Positions 1-9,280 are shown, counted from the first letter of the stretch. The stretch is DNA of 64,000 bases from an uncultured Gammaproteobacteria bacterium (GCA_964488545.1 CAZAUL010000001.1:54955-118954), one strand, 5' to 3'. Notes: a model not told the origin generated them from the letters alone. Program-made: numbers and translations.

Positions 1-554
1 TTAAGGATATTATTGTGCTTGAAAACATTCATGACCCTCATAATGCGGCGGCCGCGCTTCGCAACTGTGACGCCTTCGGTATTCAGGAAGTTCATATAAT
101 TTTCGAAACAGAAAAGCAGTTTGACACCCACAAATTAGGCAAACTCACTTCAGCATCTGCAAATAAGTGGCTTACCGTACAAACCTGGACTACCACAACA
201 GAGTGCATTAAACATTTAAAAGGGAGAGGGTATACCATCATTTCAACTGCAGTAGACGAGAATGCAGTTTCATTTGAAGAACTAACACTTCCCCATACAC
301 CTTGTGCTTTTATTTTTGGCAATGAAGGATTTGGTATTAGTGAGACTGCAAAAAAACTTTCTGATACTATTACGAATATTCCCATGTATGGGTTTGTAGA
401 AAGTTTAAACCTTTCGGTAACAGTAGGTGTGGTAGCACATGCAGTGCGAAAGTGGCGAGGAGTAGATGGGCCTACTGCGCTATCAGAAGAAGAGGTGAAT
501 ACGTTATTTAGAACTTGGGAAAAACGAGATATCCAAAAGAAATTGAGAGTATAA
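1..554 (+). CDS. SpoU/TrmH-family RNA 2'-O-methyltransferase (5' end probably outside window)
   Basis: Reading frame is open to the window edge. Motifs LENIHDPHNAAAALRNCDAFG, FGNEGFGIS and ESLNLSV are typical of the SpoU methylase domain. Confidence 0.8.
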   Translation, partial: KDIIVLENIHDPHNAAAALRNCDAFGIQEVHIIFETEKQFDTHKLGKLTSASANKWLTVQTWTTTTECIKHLKGRGYTIISTAVDENAVSFEELTLPHTPCAFIFGNEGFGISETAKKLSDTITNIPMYGFVESLNLSVTVGVVAHAVRKWRGVDGPTALSEEEVNTLFRTWEKRDIQKKLRV

Positions 555-556
555 TA

Positions 557-599
557 TAGTCATTGGTATAGTAGTCATAAGTCGTTAGTAGTTAATTAT
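557..599 (+). repeat. Degenerate ~7-nt tandem repeat (TAGTCAT-like) in the spacer upstream of the 612 CDS
   Basis: TAGTCAT TGGTATAG TAGTCAT AAGTCGT TAGTAGT TAATTAT read directly from the sequence. Confidence 0.4.
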
Positions 600-611
600 T
601 AAGAAATTACT

Positions 612-1163
612 ATGAATGATTTAACGGTGAATGATATAAAAAAAGATTTACAAAAAGAGGTTTTTGTTCAGGACTACTCAAAAAAACAGGTAATTGAGGG
701 GGTTAAAGTAGTTGAGGTTAAGCGATTTGCAGGTGAAGATGGAACGTTTGAGGACTTGCTCCGGCTTGATTCACAAGGAAACCTCGAGTTGTTTCCTGAA
801 ATCAAGGTTCGACAAATTAACCGTTCAAAACTTTTACCCGGTTCAATTAAAGCCTGGCATCTGCATTACAAACAAGAAGATGTATGGTATATTGCCCCTG
901 AGGACCACATGATATTAGGATTATGGGATGTTCGGGAAAATTCGACTACAAAAGGAGCAACTATGAAGATTCCAATGGGTAATGGAATGTCTCGTGTAGT
1001 AGTTGTCCCAAGAGGTGTCGCACATGGTGTGGTAAATGTTGCCTCAACACCTGGTACTATTTTTTACTTTGTGAACAACCAGTTCAACATAAGCGATCCC
1101 GATGAACGGCGCCTCAAGTGGGATGCTCTCGGCGCCGAATTTTGGGAGGTGGAAAAGGGTTAA
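612..1163 (+). CDS. rmlC: dTDP-4-dehydrorhamnose 3,5-epimerase-like cupin (RmlC family)
   Basis: 183 aa. WHLHYKQEDVWYI and VVVPRGVAHGVVN resemble the RmlC cupin signature. Confidence 0.7.
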   Translation: MNDLTVNDIKKDLQKEVFVQDYSKKQVIEGVKVVEVKRFAGEDGTFEDLLRLDSQGNLELFPEIKVRQINRSKLLPGSIKAWHLHYKQEDVWYIAPEDHMILGLWDVRENSTTKGATMKIPMGNGMSRVVVVPRGVAHGVVNVASTPGTIFYFVNNQFNISDPDERRLKWDALGAEFWEVEKG

Positions 1164-1865
1164 TTAACGAATTTTTGCCGCAAAGTATATAGTGCGCTTT
1201 GTTCCTGTCACTGGGTTTGTGTATCCATCCCCGTCTGGTATAAATTTTGTCATCCGAAACCCATTTTGTTCCGAAAATAGTTTTTCTTTCATTTGAAGTA
1301 GGTAAGGATTGAGTGAGCGACCCAAGATTGCGCCGTAACCAATATCTTCAAAGATAGTTTGACGTTGTCTACTTAACTCTGTCCCCAAACCCTTGTTTCG
1401 AACGCTTTCGCCACCAGCGGGCAGATTGGCATCGCTTAACAGTACTAGTTCGTTTTCGTACATAAACATATCTTCTGGCGATAGTCCAGTTTTATCCATT
1501 ATTGCTCGTGCAATTTTTGATTTATCTTCAGAAGTCTCGCCTGAATACTTTTTCTGTACAAGTTTATCCACGGTCGTTTGTCCGCCAGAGGCAAATCCAA
1601 TCACTTCCCCCATTTCATTTTGAGCAATTGCAACTGCTCCAGGAACAAACGAACTTACCATTTCAGGAAAGCCCTGAGAAACTAATTCGGGAATGTTGTA
1701 CGGTGGATCAAACCAAGGTTCCTCCTCAAATGCCTTATAACATTTCGCCATTCCCTCCTTTACATTGTCAGGAAGCGAACTATATTGACGCATAGCATCA
1801 GCAGGATCAGTAAATTTTAGTCGTGTAAAAGATACAGTTTTTAAAAATTCTTTGTTTTCCGTCAT
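1164..1865 (-). CDS. GNAT-family acetyltransferase-like protein
   Basis: 233 aa. VRNKGLGTELSRQR matches the GNAT acetyl-CoA motif A (R/Q-x-x-G-x-G/A). Its stop abuts the stop of the convergent gene. Confidence 0.5.
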   Translation of the reverse strand: MTENKEFLKTVSFTRLKFTDPADAMRQYSSLPDNVKEGMAKCYKAFEEEPWFDPPYNIPELVSQGFPEMVSSFVPGAVAIAQNEMGEVIGFASGGQTTVDKLVQKKYSGETSEDKSKIARAIMDKTGLSPEDMFMYENELVLLSDANLPAGGESVRNKGLGTELSRQRQTIFEDIGYGAILGRSLNPYLLQMKEKLFSEQNGFRMTKFIPDGDGYTNPVTGTKRTIYFAAKIR

Positions 1866-2068
1866 ATTGAAAAAATAAATGGTAATTAAAAAGGTTAGCG
1901 AGGGCGGGATGAAGAGCAGAAATAGTTACACGTGCAAAATCACCCGCCTATATATGCGAGGTGTGATGAAGAAGGGAAGTCCGAAAGTCGTAAAGTCTAC
2001 AAAGTCGAAAAATCATATGTTAGTATGTTACCATACAAATACGTTATTTTCAACAACAAACAATCTAT

Positions 2069-2094
2069 CATCTGATTATTCGAATAATCAGATG
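2069..2094. promoter_or_regulatory. 26-bp perfect palindrome CATCTGATTATTCGAATAATCAGATG, candidate operator of the adjacent YerC-type regulator
   Basis: Perfect dyad read from the sequence, 8 nt upstream of a TACAAT -10-like hexamer (2103..2108). The 24-bp core recurs at 63761..63784. Confidence 0.6.
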
Positions 2095-2114
2095 AGGTGG
2101 TGTACAATGGTTAT

Positions 2115-2429
2115 ATGAAAACACAAGAGTTTAAGCTATCAGGAAAATATAATCCTGTCACGGTACGTGAAAAACGACTAGTCAAAGCATTTGCACTCCT
2201 TCAAACTGACAAGGACGCTGCATCGCTTATACGAGATATGTTTACTCCTGCAGAGATTGAGGAATTTGCCAATAGACTTGAGGTTGCTGTTCTCCTTAAA
2301 AAGGGCATACCTTATCTTGATATTGCAAAAAAGGTAGGTGTATCAACAACAACCGTTACTCGAGTTGCTCAATGGCTATTCAAAGGCTGTGGAGGGTATA
2401 AAAAAACCCTTGAACAGCTCGGTGAGTAA
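2115..2429 (+). CDS. TrpR-superfamily YerC/YecD-type DNA-binding protein
   Basis: FTPAEIEEFANRLEVAVLLKKGIPYLDIAKKVGVSTTTVTRV resembles B. subtilis YerC (GASTATISRV). ATG at 2115 is preferred over the GTG at 2097 given by the ORF track. Confidence 0.8.
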   Translation: MKTQEFKLSGKYNPVTVREKRLVKAFALLQTDKDAASLIRDMFTPAEIEEFANRLEVAVLLKKGIPYLDIAKKVGVSTTTVTRVAQWLFKGCGGYKKTLEQLGE

Positions 2430-2467
2430 TATTTGCATTTCTGCGTGATTCTGGGTACCATGAACTC

Positions 2468-4612
2468 ATGGATCCAAACATAACAACACCTCAACCAGAA
2501 CCTCTGCAAACTGCTCAACCAATTGTTGTTAAAAAGCACAGATCTATAGTGCCAGTACTTATTGCCTTTCTCTTTGTTGCGGGAGTTGTTGCCTATATTA
2601 TTAAAAGCCGGGCTCCATCAACAAACAGGTCGTTTCAGGGAAGTGGTAGTGCAGTACCATCGCTGGAACAGTCTTTTTTTGCGACAGATACTTTAGAAAA
2701 AATTAAGTCGGAGTCCGAGCTTATTGACCTATTGCAAAATGCAGATACACAAGGCGGAACGTTTACAAAAGACATAATGATGGAATCGCGTACAAGTGCG
2801 CTTCCAAATGTTGCCGGCAAACCAAGTAACGATACTGCAATGCGGGTTTCATCTACAAATGTTCAAACGTTTGGCGTCGATGAGCCTGATATTCTCAAAA
2901 CAGATGGTGGATCTATTTACTATTCGCGTGAAGGACAGTATCGATGCTTTGACACCCCAGCATCTGATTCTCTCCCTTCGTTTAAAGTTGCACCTGAGCG
3001 GTGTAATTCCACATCAGAAACCCTGGTGGTTGGTGCACTGCCCCCCTCAGAGATGAAGTTGAAAAGTACCATACCCCAAAGTGGTGAAATGCTTATTTCT
3101 GGTAAAAATCTCGTTGTTTTTACACAGAATGCCAAGGGATCATTTACCGTTGTTGGTTACTCCATAGCAAATGCAAGTACGCCAAAGAAACTATGGGAAA
3201 TTCCATTTCATACTCGTGTGCAAAAAGTTGGAGCACGACTATTTAAAGATAAGATATATCTCGTAACCGCGACCACAATTGCTTTACCAAAACCATGTCC
3301 GATACCGTTTACTGAAGGAGATCGGGGTTGGTCAATTGCGTGTTCTGATATTTATGTTCCTTCAAGCAGGCCTTCAAGTAACTCAGTATATTCTTTTGTG
3401 ATGATCAATCCAGAAACCGGCTCAGTTGATAACTCTATTTCAATGACGGGGAATAGTAATGTAAGCACACTCTATATGTCAAGAGAGGCCCTGTATTTGA
3501 GTTATATGGTCGAAGGAGATATTGTCAAAGTTCTGAGTCAGTTTGTTCAAGAAAAAAAAGGAGTATTACCTTCCTATATTGAAGATAAGATACGGACACT
3601 TGATTCGTACGATCTGTCACCACAAACAAAGGAAATGGAATTGCAAAGTGTGTTTTCTCAATATTTTTATTCTCTAGATGAAGATAAACGACTTACAGTT
3701 GAGAACAATCTCCAAAACGCATTTAAGACATTTTTTGCCAAATATAATAGATCATTTGAATATACTGGAATTGCAAAGTTTAGCGCTAACGACCTTTCAT
3801 TTGTCGCATCAGGCAAGGTTCCGGGACGTGCACTTAATCAGTTTTCATTTGATGAGTGGAAAGGGAATCTGCGGATCGCAACCACAATCGGAGATCAGAA
3901 TAGATTTTATTTTTCAGGATTCGGCGATATGCAGTCAGAGAGTGTGAGCGATGTATATGTGCTTGATGGCAAAATGAAAACAATAGGTTCGGTGAAAAAT
4001 CTAGGAAAAACAGAACGTATTTATTCAGTGCGATTTGTTGGTGATCGTGGCTATGTCGTAACATTTCGACAAACCGACCCATTTTATGTACTTGATTTAG
4101 CCAATCCGAATAGTCCACAACTTCGGGGAGAGCTTAAGATACCTGGCTTTTCATCATATCTTCACCCCCTCGATGAGCATCTGATACTTGGTGTTGGGAG
4201 AGAAAATCAAGTTAAACTATCATTATTCGATGTAAAAGATGCAAAAAATCCAAAAGAGATATCCAAGTACGAATTAGCGGGAGAGTATTGGAGTGAGGCC
4301 ATGGATAATCATCATGCATTTCTTCAGGATCAAAAATTCAGTATCTTCTTTTTACCTGGCGGGCGGGGTGGATATGTTTTTTCCTATGACGGAAGGGAAC
4401 TTAGCTTAGTAAAGTCGCTTGAAAGTGCACAGGTAAGACGAGGTATGTACTTGAATGATTATCTTTATATTATTTCAGATTCGGGAATAGCCACATATAG
4501 AGAGGGCACATGGGAAAAGGTGGGCGAGTTTTTCTACTCTGGCAAACCAATTCTGAATATTGCCGAACCGCGCGAAACAATGATTGATGAGCCAATAGAT
4601 GTAATGGAGTAG
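2468..4612 (+). CDS. Membrane-anchored/secreted beta-propeller domain protein (archaeal/CPR 'beta propeller domain' family)
   Basis: 714 aa with an N-terminal TM helix. VQTFGVDEPDILKTDGGSIYY and FRQTDPFYVLDLANPNSPQLRGELKIPGFSSYLHP match the family as I remember it. Confidence 0.6.
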   Translation: MDPNITTPQPEPLQTAQPIVVKKHRSIVPVLIAFLFVAGVVAYIIKSRAPSTNRSFQGSGSAVPSLEQSFFATDTLEKIKSESELIDLLQNADTQGGTFTKDIMMESRTSALPNVAGKPSNDTAMRVSSTNVQTFGVDEPDILKTDGGSIYYSREGQYRCFDTPASDSLPSFKVAPERCNSTSETLVVGALPPSEMKLKSTIPQSGEMLISGKNLVVFTQNAKGSFTVVGYSIANASTPKKLWEIPFHTRVQKVGARLFKDKIYLVTATTIALPKPCPIPFTEGDRGWSIACSDIYVPSSRPSSNSVYSFVMINPETGSVDNSISMTGNSNVSTLYMSREALYLSYMVEGDIVKVLSQFVQEKKGVLPSYIEDKIRTLDSYDLSPQTKEMELQSVFSQYFYSLDEDKRLTVENNLQNAFKTFFAKYNRSFEYTGIAKFSANDLSFVASGKVPGRALNQFSFDEWKGNLRIATTIGDQNRFYFSGFGDMQSESVSDVYVLDGKMKTIGSVKNLGKTERIYSVRFVGDRGYVVTFRQTDPFYVLDLANPNSPQLRGELKIPGFSSYLHPLDEHLILGVGRENQVKLSLFDVKDAKNPKEISKYELAGEYWSEAMDNHHAFLQDQKFSIFFLPGGRGGYVFSYDGRELSLVKSLESAQVRRGMYLNDYLYIISDSGIATYREGTWEKVGEFFYSGKPILNIAEPRETMIDEPIDVME

Positions 4613-4614
4613 TC

Positions 4615-5826
4615 TCACCAATCCTTTTTGTAATAGCGCCGACCTTTCAGGTTATTGGGAAGGTAATCTTGCCGAGGTTTTTTGCCAGTTTCTCGCTCAG
4701 ACATCCACGGATATCTCACGTGGCCTTTACCATAACCAAACTGCCTCATTACCTTATTAGAAGCATTGCGAAGATGGAGAGGTATGGGGTCAAGATTTTT
4801 TTCATCGATATCCGCCATAGCACTTGCAAGACCCTCAGTTGATGCAATTGACTTTTTTGCTGTGGCAAGATATGTAGCTGTTTGGGCCAGAATAAGAGAT
4901 GCTTCGGGCATACCTATCATATGTACCGCCTGCATGCACGAAGTAGCCACAACTAGTGCAGTAGGCTGTGCATTGCCGATATCTTCACTAGCAAAAATTA
5001 ACATACGTCGAGCAATAAAGAGAGGATCTTCACCTGCCTTGATCATGCGGGCAAGATAATGCAATGTGGCGTCAGGTTCTCCTCCTCGCATGCTTTTGAT
5101 AAATGCCGAAATGGTATCATAGTGCCAGTCGCCCTTCTTGTCGTATAGAATTGCTTTTCGCTGTATTGCTTCTTCTGCTATTTGAAGTGTAATTGTTCGT
5201 CCAAGTGATGATGCAAGTTCAACGGCATTAATTGCAGTGCGTGCATCTCCATTACTACTTTTTATTATATGCATCAGTGCATCATTATTCCATGTTCGAC
5301 CTTTAAACTGTGATACGGCAAGCGATACAATTTTCTCCATTTCAGCATCAGTAAGAGGATAAAGTACATAAACCTGAGACCGTGAAATAAGAGGTGCATT
5401 TACTTCAAATCCAGGATTTTCTGTAGTTGCTCCAATAAGAATTATCGATCCATCTTCTACATGAGGGAGAAAGGCATCCTGTTGTCCTTTATTAAATCGG
5501 TGGATTTCGTCCACAAAAAGGACAGTTTGTTTTTTAAATAGATTTTGTTCATTTTTTGCCCTTTTGATGATTTCTCGTATTTCTGCAACTCCACCAGTAA
5601 CTGCAGAAAATGAAACAAACTCTGCATCAACATATTGTGCAATAAGACGTGCAAGTGTAGTTTTACCACAGCCTGGAGGTCCCCATAAAATCATGGATGT
5701 AATCTTTCCACTTTCCAATAACTTTCGCAGAGGTTTTCCTTTACCTACAAGGTGCGTCTGTCCAACAACTTCATTTAGCGACTTAGGGCGTAGCTGTTCG
5801 GCGAGCGGTATATAATCCATTTCCAT
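4615..5826 (-). CDS. rarA: Replication-associated recombination protein A (AAA+ ATPase RarA/MgsA)
   Basis: Walker A GPPGCGKTTLARLIA, Walker B LFVDEIHRFNK, and a MgsA C-terminal domain. ATG at 5826 (the track start at 5829 is TTG). Confidence 0.9.
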   Translation of the reverse strand: MEMDYIPLAEQLRPKSLNEVVGQTHLVGKGKPLRKLLESGKITSMILWGPPGCGKTTLARLIAQYVDAEFVSFSAVTGGVAEIREIIKRAKNEQNLFKKQTVLFVDEIHRFNKGQQDAFLPHVEDGSIILIGATTENPGFEVNAPLISRSQVYVLYPLTDAEMEKIVSLAVSQFKGRTWNNDALMHIIKSSNGDARTAINAVELASSLGRTITLQIAEEAIQRKAILYDKKGDWHYDTISAFIKSMRGGEPDATLHYLARMIKAGEDPLFIARRMLIFASEDIGNAQPTALVVATSCMQAVHMIGMPEASLILAQTATYLATAKKSIASTEGLASAMADIDEKNLDPIPLHLRNASNKVMRQFGYGKGHVRYPWMSERETGKKPRQDYLPNNLKGRRYYKKDW

Positions 5827-5873
5827 CAATTATAAATAAAAGGAAAGTAAAAGTATACAATCGTTCACCCAGA

Positions 5874-7802
5874 TTATTTCTTTTTGAAAAAGGATATTAC
5901 GATTAATATCGACATGAAGGGAGAAAGAAGGAATACGATTTTCTGTGCTTCGGGATTTGTTAAGACGGACAATAACTTACTCTTCACAAGTCCAAGTAGC
6001 ACTTGTGGATGGGTAATTGTGTGTTTTTTATTAAGTTGATGTACCGATTTAAGAAGAGAACCTTTTGTATGGAGAAGAACACGAGAATGGTGATTAATTA
6101 TATTCATACGCACAACATAAACTTTATTTTTAGACTGTTGGATGGTGGGAAATCCAAATGGAAACGATTCACTTTTCCCGATTTCTGCTGTGTTTGTTAT
6201 TTGAGTTGCGTACCAATCTTTCTCATTTTTTTCTTTAATCATTATTTGAAGCATTTGTTTGTCATGGGGGTTTGGTAGAGTACACACAATAGTACCTGTG
6301 TGCTCTATCTTGAGTGTAATAATGCCTAAATTGTTATCAGGTGAGGTAAATTCAAATTCAACTGGTTCATCAGTTAGCTCTACATAGGGTGAGGACTGAT
6401 TGACATACTTTATTTGTTCGTGTGTATGATTATAGACGCGAGAAAAAAAATTGTATCCCGTCATGTACTTTGTGAAAACAATGCCAATAATTGAAATTGA
6501 AAGAATAATGACAGAAATACGGAAATGTAAATCTGAAACATATCCTTCGTTTGTATGTTTTGGTTTAAACTGAAAATAAAGTTTTTCGACAATGTGATGA
6601 AATAAATGTGAGACAGAGAGGGCTAAAGTGCCAGCTAACCCAATAAAAATAACATTGGAAATACTGTTTATCGGTTTCAGATGAAGGTGCAGTCCATCAA
6701 TAATTGCAGTATGGATGATGTAGAGTGGATAACTAACACTACCCAAATAGAGTAGAATTTTTTTATTAAAATTATCATGAAGTACTGGTGTGCGGATAGT
6801 CAGGTATACAATTGCTCCAAACGGAAAAGCCAATAATAAACTAATAAAAACATTTAAAGTTGCTTTTGAGGCAAACAACAGTTCGTGTCCTATAAATACA
6901 GTTAATGCAGCACAAACTGGCAGTAGTATGGAGATGATCTTTGGTAGTTGAAGTGGCTTATGAATGCTTGGAGAGTATGCAATAACAATACCGATACAGA
7001 AATAAAAAAAATAACCTATATATAGCATTGAAAGTCCACGGAAACCTACAAAAAGTAAGTGAAGTCCCCAAAAGAAGGGGATTAAAAACAGAATTAAAAC
7101 CTGGCGATAAACACTATGGAAACGTTCCATCGCTCGTGCTGTTGGAGCGATAAGATAAGGGTACAAAATATAAAATAGCACTTCACCATTGAGGCTCCAA
7201 TATACACCATCTAGAAGGGGAATATAATCGCCAGCAGGAAGTGTGAGCGTCATGTTCACAAGCGCAATGCTCATTTCCCTTATCCATTGAGGCATCGCCG
7301 CAAACCAAATGGGGGGGTGACGCATGATAATAAATCCATACCAAACCAGCACTAGAGTTTGCAGAAACATGAATGCAGTAATCAGCTTCGGTCCTATTTT
7401 ATACTTTTCTACAATTTGCATCCATAAAAAGCGCATGAGACCAGCCAATGCCAATATCACGACAATGCGTGCAATAAGCGGAGTGTCAGGATAAAGACGA
7501 AAAAATGTCATACTAATCGCCATAACAATAAAGGGTGGGAAAATACGCGCATACCTTTTTTGTATAAAGTCATGAGGTTGAGGATTTTTGTACAGATACG
7601 CCATCAAAAAACCCGAAAGAATATAGAAAAAGGTGACAGCAATTGTACCGCTAGAAAAAAGAAAAGCGATAAATGGGCGAAGTAGTATGGGAAATGCATT
7701 TATAATGTATCCAGAGTCCATGTGGTTTAAAACCACAAAAACTATTGCGAGACCACGTAAACCATCAAGCGCAGTAAGACGCAACTTCGTAAGACCACTC
7801 AT
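5874..7802 (-). CDS. Acyltransferase-3 (OafA/YrhL-like) integral membrane protein with an extra C-terminal domain
   Basis: LDGLRGLAIVFVVLNH start motif and about 10 TM helices, followed by a ~200-aa non-SGNH domain and a terminal TM helix. The start overlaps the trpS stop by 4 nt. Confidence 0.8.
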   Translation of the reverse strand: MSGLTKLRLTALDGLRGLAIVFVVLNHMDSGYIINAFPILLRPFIAFLFSSGTIAVTFFYILSGFLMAYLYKNPQPHDFIQKRYARIFPPFIVMAISMTFFRLYPDTPLIARIVVILALAGLMRFLWMQIVEKYKIGPKLITAFMFLQTLVLVWYGFIIMRHPPIWFAAMPQWIREMSIALVNMTLTLPAGDYIPLLDGVYWSLNGEVLFYILYPYLIAPTARAMERFHSVYRQVLILFLIPFFWGLHLLFVGFRGLSMLYIGYFFYFCIGIVIAYSPSIHKPLQLPKIISILLPVCAALTVFIGHELLFASKATLNVFISLLLAFPFGAIVYLTIRTPVLHDNFNKKILLYLGSVSYPLYIIHTAIIDGLHLHLKPINSISNVIFIGLAGTLALSVSHLFHHIVEKLYFQFKPKHTNEGYVSDLHFRISVIILSISIIGIVFTKYMTGYNFFSRVYNHTHEQIKYVNQSSPYVELTDEPVEFEFTSPDNNLGIITLKIEHTGTIVCTLPNPHDKQMLQIMIKEKNEKDWYATQITNTAEIGKSESFPFGFPTIQQSKNKVYVVRMNIINHHSRVLLHTKGSLLKSVHQLNKKHTITHPQVLLGLVKSKLLSVLTNPEAQKIVFLLSPFMSILIVISFFKKK

Positions 7803-9271
7803 CCCAATCCCAATTTTGTTTTAACTTCATACAACGTTTTTTGGGCGATGGATTTTGCTTTTTTTGCACCTTCCTGAATAACTGTGTCAACATATTTATT
7901 GTCTTTTTCTAAGACTGCTCTTTTATCCTGAAGAGGCTTTAGTTCGTTTGATATTGCATTTGCAACGGCATCTTTAATCTCAACAAATTTCAAAGTTCCA
8001 CTGGTAAACTGGTTTTCAAATTGCTCAATGGTATCTGGTATAAAAAGCCGAGCAAGTGTAAATAATGCCTTTACTCCCTCGTTCATTTCTCCCCCAGCAG
8101 AAGTTGCAGTTGGAATGGACCTAATCTTTTTCTTCACTTCGTCAGTGGAGTCAGTAAGATTTATATAACTTCCTTCAACTGATTTACTCATTTTTCCTTC
8201 TCCTTTAAGCGAAGGAATATACTCTCCTTTGGTTGCAAACCGAGTGGGCTCGGGGAAATCTAAACCGTATTGTTCATTCATTTTTCGAGCAATTTCACGC
8301 GTTACTTCAAGGTGAGGTTCTTGATCTATGCCGACCGGCACAAGTCCTGCCTTGTACACTAAAATATCTGCTGCCATCAATACTGGATAGTTCAATAGAG
8401 CCATGGTGCTGTGCTGAGGATACTGCTTTACTTTATCTTTAAAAGTTGGGAGGTGTTGCATACGGGCAATCGACATGACAGAAGAAAAATAAAACGCAAG
8501 CTCAAAGTGTTCGTTTACCTCAGCCTGTTGAAAGATAATGCTTTTATTCGGATCAAGTCCAGCGGCAAGGTAATCGATAATTACTTCACGTCTATTTTTC
8601 CGAAGTTCATTAATTGAGTAGGGAGTGGTAACGGTATGAGAGTCAGCCACCATAAATAAAGTTTCATATTCTTGGCTATTTTGAAGTTCCAACATACCTT
8701 TAACCGCTCCAAGATAGTTCCCCAAATGGAGACGTCCCGTTGCGCGAATTCCAGACAATACCCGTTTTGGACCTTTATATTTTGACTCAATAACAGATAG
8801 AGTAGAAATATCAGCCACCATAGAGTTGGGGAGTTTAGTTAAATCTTTTGTCTGATATTGAATACTACTTTCAAAACTCCCAGAACCAGCTTGTACAAAA
8901 GTCCTCTCCATCACTTTTTTATCAATAAACGTTCGCATTACTTCAGGAATAAATACTCGAGCGGCTCCGGGAGGTAATCCGGTAAGACTGCTAAATTCTT
9001 CATTCGTTGCCATTCTGAGAAGCTTCGTCTTTAGAATGTTTTGTAATTTTTTCAAATCAACTTTACAATCATCTCTTCGTATAACTGAGATATATCCATC
9101 ATCAACCTTAAAGATAAGTGTCGACGCACCATCTGCGAAAGTAAGTTTACAATACTTCAAAACGTCCTCAACGGTCACCAAATGAGGATGCTCCACTATT
9201 GAGTGGTTGAGACCCAATTCCTTGAGTTGATTTGAGTAGTTTTGTACAAGTGGTTCGATCATAGGTTTCAT
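7799..9271 (-). CDS. trpS: Tryptophan--tRNA ligase with an N-terminal ~165-aa YbaK/ProX-like domain
   Basis: The C-terminal ~325 aa carry GRLHLGNYLGAV (TrpRS HIGH-equivalent) and KMSKS. The N-terminus has a YbaK-like pattern (TLIFKVDDGYISVIRRDDCKVDLKKLQNIL...LRMATNEEFSSLTG). Confidence 0.9.
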   Translation of the reverse strand: MKPMIEPLVQNYSNQLKELGLNHSIVEHPHLVTVEDVLKYCKLTFADGASTLIFKVDDGYISVIRRDDCKVDLKKLQNILKTKLLRMATNEEFSSLTGLPPGAARVFIPEVMRTFIDKKVMERTFVQAGSGSFESSIQYQTKDLTKLPNSMVADISTLSVIESKYKGPKRVLSGIRATGRLHLGNYLGAVKGMLELQNSQEYETLFMVADSHTVTTPYSINELRKNRREVIIDYLAAGLDPNKSIIFQQAEVNEHFELAFYFSSVMSIARMQHLPTFKDKVKQYPQHSTMALLNYPVLMAADILVYKAGLVPVGIDQEPHLEVTREIARKMNEQYGLDFPEPTRFATKGEYIPSLKGEGKMSKSVEGSYINLTDSTDEVKKKIRSIPTATSAGGEMNEGVKALFTLARLFIPDTIEQFENQFTSGTLKFVEIKDAVANAISNELKPLQDKRAVLEKDNKYVDTVIQEGAKKAKSIAQKTLYEVKTKLGLG

Positions 9272-9280
9272 TATAGCAAG

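Noticed and set aside
1442-1450. Additional trp-operator-like half-sites: GTACTAGTT at 1442..1450 (inside the GNAT-like gene) and TGTACTAG at 20033..20040 (overlapping the candidate ftsK -10).
   Set aside because: Each has only one CTAG half-site, and the partner position 8 bp away is not CTAG. Single half-sites are expected by chance and are not claimed as operators.
1971-1990. GAAGGGAAGTCCGAAAGTCG, which resembles the RNase P RNA GGAAAGUCCGG core.
   Set aside because: The whole non-coding gap is about 230 nt, too short for a bacterial RNase P RNA. I could not find the complementary P4 partner sequence.
1879-2118. A 79-aa ORF covering the 1866..2096 intergenic region.
   Set aside because: It is Lys/Ser-rich with no motif, and it runs through the palindromic operator and into the yerC-like gene. 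The region is more plausibly non-coding.
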